From contig NW_005434661.1 of the NCBI RefSeq assembly GCF_000315625.1, positions 1 to 64,000 on the forward strand: DNA of 64,000 nt. The letters run 5' to 3'. Both the position numbers and the translations under genes were made by a program. Positions 27,301 through 41,203 of this stretch are shown here, piece after piece (positions within the stretch are counted from its first letter, which is position 1; every line of letters begins with the position of its first letter). Source of the DNA: Guillardia theta CCMP2712. Taxonomy: Eukaryota > Protista > Cryptophyta. The notes under the pieces were generated by a model. That model saw only the letters and a program-made list of their open reading frames with translations. It had not been told where the DNA came from and did no database searches.

Positions 27301-27922
27301 AGGGGTCTGGGAGGTCTTCAGCAGACAGGATCTTGATGCTCAGCGGATTCAAAACATCTTTCAATCTCTCTGACAGGAATGGATGTTGGATTACAAAACT
27401 GACTTGAAAATCAACCAGGAAGAACGGCTTAGCCCACAGTGGAGTGTTCAACAACGAGGCTCCCACAACGATCTCATTCTCTCCAGAAACGAAAGGAGCG
27501 AAATCCACAGGGAGAATCAGCAAAGGAGCATCCATACTCTTTCTTTGCAGGGTGATGGCGCCGTCTACTTGTTTGCACATGCGGACGACAAGGTCCCTGC
27601 TGACCCTGCAGGTGTTTTCAATGGTTGTCCTCCACACAAATCCATCAGCTTCGTTTGCTTTTCCTTCATCGCTCTCATCTTTGAAGCTGATCGCGTCAGT
27701 ATCTGACTGCTGCCCATCGAACAACGACAAGTTGAAGAAAGCATCCCAATCCTCTTCCAGTTCCCCCTGTTCCTCCGCAGCTCTGTCTCCTCCTTCTCCT
27801 TCTTCGTCGCCCTCTCCTTCAGCACGATCATGCTGAGGGGGGTCGTCTGGGGGTCTTCGTCTCACTTCAATTCGTGCAGACACGACAACATCTGTTTCCT
27901 CCTCCTCTGACTCTCCTGCCAT
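24398..27922 (-). CDS. CFAP92/KIAA1257-like cilia-associated protein
   Basis: LNPLSIKILSAEDLP, FNHTKVFLAG, IELHDQD, DIVTGVQVID..RIFILEGLA, FPTRLY, VYNYSGQYL; family assigned from recall. Confidence 0.55.
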
Positions 27923-29195
27923 CTCCGTCGCCCAGGCTGTTAGCCAGGGGTGCGTCCGTTAAACGGTGATGACGGCCCGGGGGCGGGGCCTGGCAGTGGC
28001 AGTGGGGCAAGGGTCAGTGGGGCCTATTGAACCCCGGGCCGGGAGTCCGAGCCAGCGCCGTTCGCATCTGAGACTGCCGCCCGCCCTCCGGGACCCGGTG
28101 AACTTGGCAAGTTGGCCCCGGACTGAGTGGCACCGGCGTGACTCAGTAAGCAATCCGACCGCCGTGCACCGACTCCTCCGATCAGCGGCACCCAATCCGG
28201 GATCCGACGCCGGGGCCGGGACTCGACTCGGACGGTTCAGCCGCTGCACTGCGGCAGTGAACCGTTCGGAAGGCTCACCGCCAGTACTACGGTATGCCAC
28301 GATCCGATGCCCTCATCACCCGGGCCGGCCCGGTACCGTTACTGAGGCCACGGTGCGCCGCTGCGTCCGACCGGAGTCGGGCCCGGGGCCCGGCCGGGCG
28401 TCCCGTCGGCCCTGGTGGCCCGCCAGTCACCCATGTACTACCCCAACAGTTGAACATCGAAGGATACACCGTTTCAAGGCTGAAACCCTCAGATACGGTG
28501 AGGCAGTCTTGCCCAGAGCTGAAAAGTATGATTATTTCAACGATTCAAGGAAACATGCGACCGTGAAGAAAAGTTTTAGGGTTTCAAAAATACATCTATG
28601 TATTGCAGATACAAATATAGAACAGTTTTTCAAGTGTAACATATTTTTATTTCATCCCACGGTCGAATGGTTGCACGGTTACGACCCTTTGACCACGCTG
28701 ATAGAGCTAGACCAATGGGTACTGGTTTATACCCCCCATGTTGCCTTGGCTTTGCCCTTAGTTTTGGGGGTATCTTACAAACCACCCCATTGAAAAACTA
28801 CCCTCCCGTTACAGCAATGCGACTGTTGGATTCCATTGACCCTCTCATGGAGATACCATTCCTAGGACCCTACTATGATTTATGGTCATGAAGGGACGTA
28901 TTCTTTTGATTCTGTGTTGGACTACCCCACCCTCTCTTTACAGGTTCGAAGATTGTTTCTCTGGAGAGCCTGCAGTGAGGGACCGGTGGTGGAACCTTTC
29001 ACGGGTGCGGAAGGGATGTTTTCAGGGCGAAGTCATTGATCCTTTGTTGAACTGTGGGGTGGGTACACAATTAATAAGGAGCTGACAGCTGAGTAGGGGT
29101 AGGTGTACAGTGATCACGTTTACGTGTGATAACAGGGTGGGTCCTATTGTAGGTGTTCTCCATGGGTGTAAAGAGGGTAGGGGTTTGATGATTTT

Positions 29196-29319
29196 CATGT
29201 GACTATCACGTGACTATCATGTGACTATATTTTGACTCTTTTTATTCACCGCATTGTACCCAAAATCTCCCACGTGATACGGAAACCCCATAAGATAATG
29301 ATCACGTGATAGTCACATG
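29196..29319. repeat. 18-bp perfect inverted repeat rich in CACGTG/CACATG motifs
   Basis: CATGTGACTATCACGTGA (29196-29213) / TCACGTGATAGTCACATG (29302-29319). Confidence 0.75.
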
Positions 29320-30195
29320 ACTATCACATGTGTTTTCGGCTCCTAAGGACGGGACACAAAAGCAAGCTTCGAAGAGTATGCTTTTCGCTCCGATTCCTTT
29401 GTGGGGGTGGGTTGAAACGAGAGGGTACGGGGTCATAGGATTGGTGGCTCTCAGGGGTGTGAGGTCATATCAAAGGAATATCATTGCAGGGGTAGGTGGG
29501 TTGAAACTAGGGGTGAAGAATTATCTGTGGGGTACTAAGTTATAATGGGGTAGTGGAAGGGACCCAAGAAATGCAGCTGACAGGAAGCAGACAGGGGAGG
29601 GAGTGCGGTGGACAGTGAGGGAGAGAAGGATGGGAGGAAGTGTAAGAAACGAGACTAGGTGCAATGACCATGTTGTTTTCAAACACGTCTGTATGGAACT
29701 GTGGGAATATGAGTAGAGAGGTTAAAGGGGCAAGGAAAAAAGCTTGTTCGAAATCTGTTTCGTGTCATACGTTTGTCTGGCAGCCATTTGGCGGGGGCCA
29801 TCGTTGTCGATATTTTAAGTTTTGTCATTGGAACATAAGATTGAAATCTTCTTCACGCGAATGCCCTCTCAACCACAAATTCAGTATATCAGAATATCGC
29901 TACCTATTCCAAATTTTCATGCTAGATTTTGTATCTATTTGATTGTTACTATGGAACACCACACCCACTTTCTGTTCGAACTGATTCGGTGCTACATGTG
30001 ACCTTGGCACCCAGTAGAACTGTTGTAGTGTTGAATCTTTAGCCTGTCCTGCCTGTCAAATCTTCAGATTTGTTTTTATTATCCCGTGTTGATTATGGTA
30101 TATCCAGGTCGCAAACCCTAAATCAGATTGCTAATGACAAGCTTGTGCGCCGTGGACTAGAATTCTGACGGAAAAGAACCCCTACAACAACCATC

Positions 30196-33100
30196 ATGTT
30201 GTCTTGCGCATCAGTCTGGCCGTTCCTCTTCCTTCTCGGGAGCTTGTCATCAGCTACCGCATTTCATCCCAGTGGTTTTGGGGGCTGGACTGATGGGTTG
30301 CTGCGACCGCGAAGCATCGCGGGGTCTGTCACATCGCTGGGGTCACGATGCTCGATCAAGCTCAGTGCCTACCATGGCAGAAAGGACGCTGCCAGCCGTG
30401 GGTTGGTGGGGATAGCAGACAACACTCGAGAAGGAGGGGATGAAACCAGGCGGCAGTTGTCAGCACAGGAGAAGAAAATGCTCAAAGTCCTCAGTGAGCG
30501 GATGAAAGCTCGGGACAAAAAGACGCCAGAGAAGCCGTCTGACGGCCGAGCTTCAGTCGAGTCGCAAGAGGTTTGAAGACGATCTGTGTGCTCCCTCGTG
30601 ACTTTGGCATAGGTTGCCATGGAGAAGCAGCGGCTGCAGGAGAAGCTGAACTTGAGAGACAAGAGCCTCTCGGTCAACTCGGTAGAATCTCAGTTCTCCG
30701 GTTTCTCGGATGATAGCGTCGGACTGTCAGTCTCAGAGCTCTCGGTGACGCAGTTGCTTCTTGCTGCTCTTCGCTGACGATTTGGCGCAGGAGACCAACG
30801 CCCATTCCTCTCCTTCGCTAAAGAGAATTCTTACCAACGAGAGCGCGAGCAAAGGGTTTTCCCCCAAGGCCAAGAAGGTGACTTGCAGCATTTCGGTCTT
30901 TCGTTCGCTGAATTGACGTGACAAGGTCAAGGAAAGGCATGACGTGAAGCAGACACGAAGCGCTGAGCCATCATGTAGAGTTTCCTGGCATAATTCTTAA
31001 TCTGAATGTCTTGTGTCTCAGATGTGAAGGGGGTTGGTGGGCTTCCCAAGAACTTGACAGCGATTTCTCGACTCTCCGAGTTGCTGGACACGCTGGAGCC
31101 CTACGCGGCAAATGCCAACGACTGTAGAATCCCAGCATCCGACGCCGTGGGGGCTCTGAACCGCTTGAAGAGACTTCGTCATCAAGCGACCAATCCTAGT
31201 CTTGAGACAAGGTATGGCAGCCATGGGTCGGCTGTGCATTCCTTAAGCCATGCTGGCAGGCTCTCCTTTCAGATGCAGGTGTTCGGCTCAGTAGCACTCG
31301 AAGACGTGTCTGCCATGTCCGGGAAACTGGTCTCACTCATCGTCAATGCCATCGCGCACTCCAGGAGTCACACTCGACTGCTCAAGGCGGCTGGCGATCG
31401 TGCGCGAATTCTTGCCGAGAGCGGTAAGAGCTGCTGCTGGTTGGGCCCTCACGCCTGACCCTGTGCTCAGCTATCCATGGCGACGTTGACATCCTCGACG
31501 TCCAAGCAGTCTCAGTGATTCTCAATGGATTTGCACGAGCAGGAATACGCGATGAGAAACTGTTTGCCTCCCTCTCGAGTGTTGCTCTTGTCCTCTCAAA
31601 CAGCAGGCGGCAAGATTTCTGTGCTCAAGCGATTTCCATCATCGTCAATGCGTTTGCGAAGTTGCAAATCAGAGATGAGGCATTGTTTGACAACCTTGCG
31701 AGCTGTGCGTTGGATGTTTCTCCCTCAGATTTCAGTCCACAAGCGATCGCCAACATCATGAACGCGTATGCCCGGCACGACCTGCTCAACCTCCAGCTGT
31801 TTGGCTTTCTCAGCAAAGTGGCTCGGAGCATCCCGGCGGCGGACTGGCTACCAAGACATTTGGCAATCGTTGCCAACGCGTTGGCTAAGCTTGAGATCAG
31901 AGACCAGGAGGTGAGAGGGAGGATGGAGGGCTGAGGTTGTCCTGGTTGGGCCTGACCTGCTTGTCCAGCTCCTCGCTTGGCTGACTCAGGCGGTTCGCTC
32001 TCACCCACCAGAAACTTTCGATCTTCAGGCGGTCGCCAACCTCCTCAACGCCTTCGGCAAGCTCTCGGGCACTTCGACCGACCGCCAGCTACTGCGACAT
32101 CTATCAGTTGCGCTGAAGGGACTGCACATGCAGCAGTTCGACCCGTCCTCGCTCGCCAGCTCCCTCCATGGCTTCGTGTGCACCGGATTCGTGGACGAGA
32201 AAGTCTTTCTGAAGCTGACGAGAGTCGCCAAGTCGCTCGATCCTCTGCTGTTTGACGCTCAATCAGTGAGCACAATCATGCACTCCATCGCCAAGACGGA
32301 GGTGAAGGGAACGAGAAGAGGCACTGCGAGTATGACAATTTCTGCAGATTCGCGATGAATCTTTGTTCAAACGGATGTCGTTCATCGTCCGTCAGATGGA
32401 ATTTATCCTCGAGTCTCAGAGTATTGCGCTCATCATCAACGCATGTGCCAAGGTGAAGTTGATCAGGAGAGAGGAGGGAGAAGATGACGATGGCGACAGG
32501 TTGACTATCAAGACGAGCTGCTCATGAAGCACCTCTCCCGCATCGCACAGACTTTGCCGCCGGACAGTTTTCTTCCGCAACACATTGAGAACGTTCTCAA
32601 CGGGTTTGCAAAGTTGAACTTCAAGGATAAGCAGCTCTTCCAGCATATGGCAACGGTACTGACCTTCTTTCTCCCAGCCCTACACTCCTTCCTCGTTGCC
32701 CTCTGCTTCTGCCTGCGTTCTCACTCGTTGCTCAGGTGGTCACCTCCACTCCCCGGGAGGCTTTCGATGCGCAGGCAGTCGCCATCATCATGAACGCGTA
32801 TGGGAGGATGCATCCTACCGAGCAGTGCACTCGAGAGGTCTTCAGCTACCTTGACAGCAACATCTTCCCGCAGCTTCCCTCCTCCTCCTTCAACGCAACT
32901 TCCATTGCTATCGTCCTCAACAGCTGCGCCAAGGCCGGGATCAAGGCCGACGCCGTCGACCGCCTCCTCCTCAAGCTGAGCCAGGAGCTCGACAACGAGA
33001 ACCTGCAGCTTGACGGCCGTCAGATCGCCAGCCTCCTGCATGCCATCGCCACGTTGAACCTGCAGGTGGCCACCAGAGCTACTCCCTCCTCCTTCTTCCT

Positions 33101-34058
33101 TCCTCCTTCATGTCACGTCCTCCTGCTCTTCCTGCGCCGGATCTGTTTGGTCGAGTATTGTTGACAAGGGAGCAGGAGGAGCACATCGTTGACCGTCTGA
33201 TGAACTCGCTGCTCGCTCTCCCTGTCGAGTCGCTTCTCCCGGAAGAGATCGCACTAATCTCTTGGTCCTCTGCCGTCCTCAACGTCCAGGTAACCGCGAC
33301 CCTCCTCTTCCTTCCTTCCCTCTCACCCCTACTACTCTCCTCTTCACTCCTCTCAACCTTTGCCCTCCTCTTCCTGCTTCTCTCCTGTTCCTCTCCTGTT
33401 CCTCCCCTTACGTTCCGCGCAGAGGCCTCAGTTTGTTGGGTGGCTGCTTGAAGGCCTCGACCTTCATCTTGCCAGCATGGACTCCAATTTCCGTCGCCAG
33501 GCGTATCAGTTTCTTCTCACCTGTGAGCTGGAGGGCTGGCTGGACCCCAGTCGAGGTCTGCTGAAGGCGAAGCCGTGCCAACCTCCCCCACGAGGAGGAA
33601 GAGAGAAGAAGGCGCGGGCTAGCGTGACGCTGGAACGAGGAAGCGTGACTCTAGAGCTCGAGATGGAGCAGCACAAGCCGTCCCGCCTGCAGAAGGACGT
33701 GGCGGCGATCTTGTCGGAGATGCAGATTGAGTTTGTGGAGGAGTTCATCGACGAGAGGAGCGGTTACTCGCTCGACCTCCTCCTGCGCGACAAGCGCACG
33801 GCGATCGAGGTCGACGGGCCCTCGCACTTCATCGTGGGGACGCACATCCCCCTCGGCAAGACGGTGATGAAGCACCGGCACATGCAGCAGCTCGGGTTCG
33901 ACCTCCGCATTCTCCCCTACTGGTACATGCGAGGAGGAGGAGAGGAGGAGTTGGCTGACGAGAGTTACAGGGAGTGGGATCAGCTAAAGGGGAAGGAGCA
34001 GAAGAAGGAGTACATCCGTCGCCTGCTGACCTCCACCCCCTCTGTCATCCTCCTGTAG
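30196..34058 (+). CDS. plastid-targeted helical-repeat (OPR/HPR-like) protein with C-terminal RAP domain
   Basis: Leader SSATA-F; many FxxQAIAxIxNAxAK repeats; RAP motif GYSLDLLL...AIEVDGPSHF...KHRHMQQLGF...PYW. Confidence 0.85.
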
Positions 34059-34099
34059 ATTATGTAGATAGGTTCTCATGATCTTGTATCCTAATGTAC

Positions 34100-34388
34100 A
34101 ATAGATGACCTGCGTATACCGCCATTCCTTCTCCTCCTCCTCCTCCTCCTCCTCCTCCTCCTCGTCTACTTCTTCTTGGCTGTCTTCCGGTCTCCCGCCT
34201 GTACTCAAGTCACATGCAGCACGAGCTTCTGCTCTCGTACCCTCGTCGACTTCTTCTTGATTGAGTTGCGATCCGCGTACACGTCCTCCAGCTCCTCCAG
34301 CACCTGAACGCCCGTCAACCTCCTCTCCCCTCTCCAGCTCCAGCATAGGACAAGGAGAAACCTAAAGAGGAGCAGGAGCAGGAGCAGG

Positions 34389-34431
<43 letters not shown>

Positions 34432-35878
34432 AACCCCTGACTGGCTCGCTTACCTCATCGTAGTCGAAGGACTGCTGGCTGCCGCTGCTGAACTCTGAGT
34501 CCGAGTCTTCCCTCGCCATGCCCAGGTCCAGCCCCAGCCTGAAGCTCTTTGAGTGGACGAGTAACAGCGAGGAGCAGATACGAGGAGGAGGAGAGGAGAA
34601 GACAGGAGTGGAGAGCAGGGCAGAGGAGGGGAGGGGAGGGGAGGGGAGAGAAGAGGAGGATATCGACCTTCTATCTTTCCGCATGACTCTCTTCGGGATG
34701 GTGACGCGTCGCTGATGGGAACTGGAGGGCCACATGACGGACTTGAGGGTGTCGGCGACAAGTTTCTCAGGGATGAGGCCGACGAGAGGAACGCCCGAGA
34801 GAGTTTTGTGCTTCCTTCCCGCCTTGTGGCCACGTCAGAGGAGAGGATGGATGGAGGAGCAAGAGTGGAGGAGGAAGCACAGGAGCAGGAGCAGGAGGAA
34901 GATGAGCGGGGTTTGATGAAAAACAAAACAATGAGCAGGAGGAACAGACAGAGTTGTACAGACTTGAAGGCAAGGCAAGGAAAGGAAAGGAAAGGAAAGG
35001 AAAGGCAAGAGGAGTGGGGAGGGTTGGCGACTAACCTCGATAGATTCAAGACTGTCTTCTAGAGGAGACGCGAGGGCTTCTGAGAGATAAACCTCCTCCT
35101 CCTGATCCAGTTCGACCTGCTGCACGTGAGGAAGAGAGGAGGAGGAGAGAAGGAAAAGAGAAGACATTACCATGTACCCATCCTCTGCGCTTGCTGCCTT
35201 GTCCTTCTTCTTCCTTTGGCTCTCCTTCTCCTTCTCCTTCTCCTTCTCCTTCTCCCCTTCTCCTCCTTCTCATCCCTCTGCTCGCTCTTCAAATTCTTCG
35301 TGCTGCCCGCTGCTGCTGCTTCACCAAAGTGAACTGGAAGAGCTGCTGGGCGGCCGTTGGTGTTGACAGGAGGAGCAGGGACATCCGCTGCGTCCTGCGG
35401 AACAAATGAGAGGGGAGGAGGGAGAAGAGTAGACGAGAAAGGGAGGAGGGAGGAGGAACAGAGGGGAGAGAGGAAGAGAACGGGAGGAGGGTGGGAGGAG
35501 GGAGAAGAGAAGAAGAGGAAGGGATGAGAGAAGGAATGGAACAAGAGAGGAAGAGTGGGAGGAGGAGGAAGGAGGGAGGAGAGAGGAAGGGAGGAGGAGG
35601 AAGGAGGGAGGAGAGAGGAAGAGAGGAGGAAGGAGGGAGGAGAGAGGAAGAGAAGGGAGGAGGGAGGAGGGAGGAGGGAGGAGGGAGGAGGGAGGAGGGA
35701 GGAGGAGGAGGGAGGAGGGAGGAGAGAGGAAGAGGAGGGAGGAGGGAGGAGGGAGGAGGAGGAGGAGAGAATGACCTGTACATGCCGAGAGACAGACTTG
35801 AGTCGGTGCAGGAGTCGATCTTTCATCTCCAACACTCCTCTCTGCAGCAAGTCATAAGAACCTTCTTCCCCCCCTTTT

Positions 35879-35916
<38 letters not shown>

Positions 35917-37567
35917 CCCTGCCCCTGCCCCTTCCCCTGCCCCTGCTGCTGCTGCTGCCCCTGCCCCTGCCCCTGCCCCTGCCCCTGCCCCTGCCCCTGC
36001 CCCTGCACCTGCTCCTGCTCCTGCTCCTTCCTTCTATCCTCCTCATTGCAGTGGATCGTACCTTGGCCTTGAGCCAGAGGTAGCGCGTCTGATCAGAAGA
36101 GAGCAGTCGAGGCTTCTCCAGCTTCTCCTCCTGCTCGTCCCTCCCGCTGCACAGCTCGGATATTCTTCTCAGCCTGTCCTCCAGCTCCACCGCAGTCTTG
36201 ACATCCATCTGCATGCTCTCCACGGACGGCACCATGCTCTCGTACATGCTCATCAGCGTCTCGAGGTCCGGCGCCTCCTCCTCCTCCTCCTCTCCCGCCG
36301 CTGCTTCTACGGTGTACAGCAGGCACTCCACTGTGAAGTTGACCTGCTCCAAGAATGAGTCCCTCGCTCTTCGCTCCTCCTCTAGCAGCCCCTCCTCTTC
36401 TCCCCCAACGTCTCCTTCCTCCCCTCCTTCACCTCGCGCAAGACGCTGGTCAGGTCATCCTCCATCGTGCTCGGCTCGGCGCTCACAGACCGACTGTCCT
36501 CTCCGTTCGCCTCCTCGACCAGCAGGGAGCGGACCATGTCCTTGCGCTCCTCGCACTGTAGGAAGAAGAAGAGGGAAAGTTGAGATGAAGACGAGGAAAC
36601 AGGAGGAAGGGACGAGGAGAAGGATAGAGATAACGACGAGAGCAGGAAAGAAGGAGAGGAGAGGAGAAGAGAGGAGAAGAGAGGAGAAGAGAGGAGAGGA
36701 GAGGAGAAGAGAGGAGAAGAGAGGAGAAGAGAGGAGAAGAGAGGAGAAGAGAGGAGAAGAGAGGAGAAGAAGAGGAGAAGAAGAGGAGTAGAGAGGAGAA
36801 GAGAGGAGAAGAGAGGAGAACAGAAGAGAAGAAGAGGAGAGGAGAGGAGAGGAGAAAAAACAGATGAGAAGAGTAGGAGAAGAAGGAGAAGGAGAAGGAG
36901 AAGGAGAAGAGGAAACAAGATGAGGAGGAGAAAATGGGCACAGGGGATAGAGGACCATGGCATGTACGAAGATAAGAACGTCCCGCCACTGGGCCATAAT
37001 CTCCAGGATCTGAGGGAGAGCAAGTGAGAAAGCTAAGTCAAGTGTAAAGCAGAAGGAGATTGGGAGGGAGGGAGAAAAAGGAGGGAAGGAAGGAGTGAGT
37101 GAACGAGGGAGAGAGAGGGAGAGGTAAGGAGCGGAAGGAGTAGAGCAGAAGCAGGAGAAGGAGCCAGAGGGGTAAGAGGATCAAGGAGGAGAAGGAGAAG
37201 CAGGAGAAGGAGATTGGGAGGGAGAAGGAGAACAAGGAGGAGGAGGAGGAGAAGGAGGACTTGAAGGGGGAAAGACCTCATGGTCTAGGTCATCGTGGGC
37301 TGTTGGGTCGAGGAAGTGAACGCGAAATGAGCGAAATCGATAAAGTTCGTGCATGAGCCCTGGAGGACAATATGAGACAGCAGGAGAAGAGGAAGGAGAG
37401 CGAGAAGCGACAAGGGGAGATGCGGAACAGGCAGGGGAACAGCAATTAGTAGGAGCAATGGAACCAGGAGAGAAGGAGGAGAAGGAGGAGGAGGAGGAGG
37501 AGGAATGGCAGGGGCAGCAGCAGGATGATCAGATGCGCAGAAGAAGGAGCGGCGGTAGCGGCAGAAC

Positions 37568-37598
<31 letters not shown>

Positions 37599-39957
37599 CG
37601 AGGACGAGGAGCAGCAGCAGGAGCAGGAAGGGCAGGAGGATCAGACAAGCAGTGGCAGGAGCAGCAGGGGAGCAGGAGGTCAGTCAGTGGACATACTCTG
37701 GCGTAGGAACCCGATCTTCTTGTGGTAATCCTCAAGTTTGACTCGCAGCCGCTGCTCGTGCTCGACGCACTTGTCGTAACTGCTCGTAACGGACCTCAGC
37801 TTTCTCTCCAGCTCGCCCTCCTTCGAGCTCGTCCCGTGACCGTACAATGACTGCGCCGTCTCCTGCAGCTGGGAATCAGCAGGGAAAGGGAGGGAGGAGA
37901 AGGGAGGGAGAAGACTGGTGAGATAGAGACGTCAAGAGGATGTTCGACCAGGAAGATGGGAGAGAGGATGAGAGAGGAGGAGCAAGACCTGTAGGAGAGC
38001 TCTCTCTCTTCTCAGCTCCTCGCAACGAGCTTCTCCGTCTCTCACTGTCTCCTCCCAGGTCTGTCGAACTCCTCGGAGTCCTACGAACAGAGACACCAGC
38101 CTGCCCAGCCGTCATCCCCCTCCTCCTCCTCCCCCTCCTCCCCTTTCTCCTCTTCTTGCTTCTCCTTTGCCCCTCCATCCTCTTCGTTCGTCCCTCCATT
38201 TTCTTCTTCCTCCTCTCCTCCTATACCTGTCGATGTCCGTATCGCCTGCTCAGCCTTATCAACACGAAGAAAGAAAGTATCGGGCAAGACGGAGAGTGGT
38301 CGAGGGGTAGGAAGGAAACAACTTTGGAAGCGACACTCTAGCAGGAGGGGCAAGAGGACGAGGATGGAGGGAAGGGAGAGAATGAGACCTAGCTTGCAGA
38401 TCATCATATCGAACGTCTCCTCGTACAATTTGATCTTCCTCTGCAGCTCCACTCGTCGTGGGGACTGCACGTTCTGGTCGTACATCTAACAGGCTAAGGG
38501 GTCAGCTGGAACGCAGGTGGGAGGAGCAGAGGCCGCAAACCTTCTCGAGCTTCTTCTCCATCTCCTTGTAGGATTTCTCTGCGTTCACGACGTTGCTCTT
38601 GAGCTCGTTGGTGTGCCTTGCAAGGCTCCTCCTCTCTTCCAGCTCCTCCTCGTACCGCACCCTCATCGTGTGAATCATCAGCTTCAGCTCCTTCAGCTCG
38701 TTCGTTTTCAGCTCCTTTTCCACCCGCGGGACCTGCAGACTCTTCAAATATAGCACGCGAGTCCCTCCTCGACTTCTCCTCCTCCTCCTCCTCCTCCTCC
38801 TCCTTCCCTCCTCTTCCTCCTTCCCTCCTCGTCCTCGTTCTTGTCCTCGTCCTATCGTCAATCTCCTCTCTCACCTCGTCACGTAATTTGAGCTTCAGCG
38901 CCATCAGGTCCATGTTGTGCTTCTTCACGCTCTTCTCCAGCTTCGCCAGCTCCTCCTTGTCCTCCTTGCTGAACTTTGTCAACCTGTTGGCGAGGTGCTC
39001 GTAGCGGCTGTTCTCGTATTGCACCAGCTTTATGGACCGCAGGGTCTCGTCGAGCTTCTTCTGCACTCTCTCCCTCCTCCCGTCCACTTCCCCGCCCTCG
39101 ATCTTGGTCGCCGCCACAGCCTTCACGTCGGCGTTCTCGTTCTTACAAGCTTCCAGCGCCTTCTCTTTCTCCATGAGCTGCTTGTGCCCCTCGTTGTATC
39201 TCTTGGACAGCTTCAGCACAAGTTCCCTACCCTGCCCCAGCAGCTTCTCAGCTGCCTCCTCGGTCAGAAGCCGCGGGCTCTCCATGCAGGGATGTGACAG
39301 CTCGGGCGCCTCGTCCTCGAACTTGGAGAACTTCTTTCTCTCCTGCTCAGCGAACTGCCGCACCGCGTCCTCCCTCCACTCCCTGAAGGACGCGCTCTTC
39401 TCCCGTACTAGCAGCGACTCCCTGGCTGCTGAGGGGTCGAGGAAGTTGTTCTCGTGCCACAGGATGCTGGTGTTGAACGGCAGCTGTGCTCGCCCCGCGT
39501 GACCTTTCAGCCTGCTGAGCGACTGCTCGAGCCTTGCTCGGCATTGTTCGGCATGCTCTTCAGCGGCAAGATCGCTCCTCTCCTTCTGCCTCTTCTTCAT
39601 TCCTATTCTCGACTTTTTCTTGGGCTTCAGCAGCATCGTAATGGGCGGCAGCGACCCGTACATCTGAGAACCTCCTGAAGCCTCCACCGCCTCCTCGTTC
39701 TCTTCTGTCTTGTCCGCACTGCCCTCGTTCCTCGTCAGCTTCTTCTGCGGCATCACCTTCCTCATCTCATCGTAGGCAAGTTTGCCTGCCTCTGTGAAGA
39801 GCGAGGGAATCTTGCTGTCCTCGGTCTTGAGGAGACTGGACGAAAGCTGCACCTCAAACCCCTGCCTCCCCAGATGACCAAAATCCCATCCCACAGGAGG
39901 ACAGCTTGAGCTCCGAGTGCGCTCTTCTTCGACGGCATGTCTTCTCCCTCTACTCAC
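34100..39957 (-). CDS. large coiled-coil protein, many exons with low-complexity introns (possibly flagellar)
   Basis: 487-aa first ORF plus coiled-coil exons (ELQRKIKLYEETFD; WEETVRDGEARCEELRRERALLQ) between AG/CT-tract introns; 3' end approximate. Confidence 0.55.
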
Positions 39958-40074
39958 AGACTGGAATTGCTGTTGTGCTCGTCTTACTGAACCACCATGT
40001 GCTCGTCTTACTGAACCACCATGTGCCTTCTCGCTCTCAAGTCTCTGCGACGATTCTGCGCTTCTTTCTCTCCC

Positions 40075-40085
40075 TGCCTGGCTGG

Positions 40086-40128
<43 letters not shown>

Positions 40129-40153
40129 GCTGCCTGCCTGCCTGCCTGCCTGG

Positions 40154-40250
<97 letters not shown>
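40075..40250 (+). repeat. compound (GCCT)n/(GTCT)n microsatellite
   Basis: Direct read. Confidence 0.95.
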
Positions 40251-40251
<1 letters not shown>

Positions 40252-40762
40252 TGCCTTGGCTCTTCTTCTGTCTCAAGTTGATCTTGAACGCATTCCGCCG
40301 GCGGTTGGTTTGAGATCGAAAAAAAAAGATAAAAAGAGTCATTTCTTTCATTGACAGTTGGCAGGCCGGCCCCGGGCTGCTCAGCCGACAAGCCGGGCCG
40401 CTGAAACTGAGTCACGAGTCACGAGTCACGAGTTGAGCAGCCCAGGCGGCCCGATTCACGATCGGGTCGAATAAAGCAGGGAAGAAAATATCGTGGAAAA
40501 AATTGTATGCAATGCGATAAAAATGTTCTTATACACTAAACAGGAGAGGCACTATAGAGAGATCGGATGGCTGACTGGATGACTGAGAAAGAATAACTGA
40601 AAGTACATACTGTTCTACTATAGCTTCAGAGTGATGCTACATCGCCATGCCGTAGTCAGGCTTCGGAGTCGCCAGTCGTGCCACCGCCGCCGTAAGGCTG
40701 CTGCTGCGAGAAATTGCGATTCGAAATATCCCCAAGGGCTTGACGGATCATCTATACACGGA

Positions 40763-41086
40763 TCATACTCCGCACCGCCTCTCTTGACCCACCTGCCGCA
40801 TATCCTCCGCAAGCTCGCGCATGCTTGCCTTGAGGTCGCGCACCTCGTTCTTGACCTCCTGGCACAACCGTGAGCTCCTCCATTTCTGTCAAGATCAGTT
40901 TCGGTTCACCGATAGCCCCGTATCCATCTTGCTCTCGAGCTCCTGCACCTCGTTCTTGACCTCCTGCACCTCGTTCTTGACCTCCTGGCACAATCGTGAG
41001 CTCCTCCATTTCTGTCAAGATCAGTTTCTCACCTGCACCTCTTTCTCGAGCTCCTGCACATCCTTTCTGACAGGCTCCTGCCCCAT
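40763..41086 (-). CDS. small coiled-coil protein (possibly the 3' part of a longer gene)
   Basis: Spliced MGQEPVRKDVQELEKEVQ|EVKNEVQEVKNEVQELESKMDTGLS|EVKNEVRDLKASMRELAEDMRQ... using introns 40985-41032 and 40859-40909. Confidence 0.4.
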
Positions 41087-41203
41087 TCTTGTCAATCCCT
41101 CGGAGTGGCCGCCTCAAGGCTGACTTGAGCCTCCGCTACCAACACCGTGCTCTACATACCGTGTGTTTCTCCACAGTTTGAACGACGTCGTCTCGAAGTT
41201 CTT

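Noticed and set aside
27966-28793. 275-aa ORF
   Set aside because: GC-rich intergenic read-through with R/P/G bias and no recognisable domain
34205-38485. Many track ORFs rich in poly-L/S/P/R/E
   Set aside because: Translations of low-complexity purine/pyrimidine intron tracts
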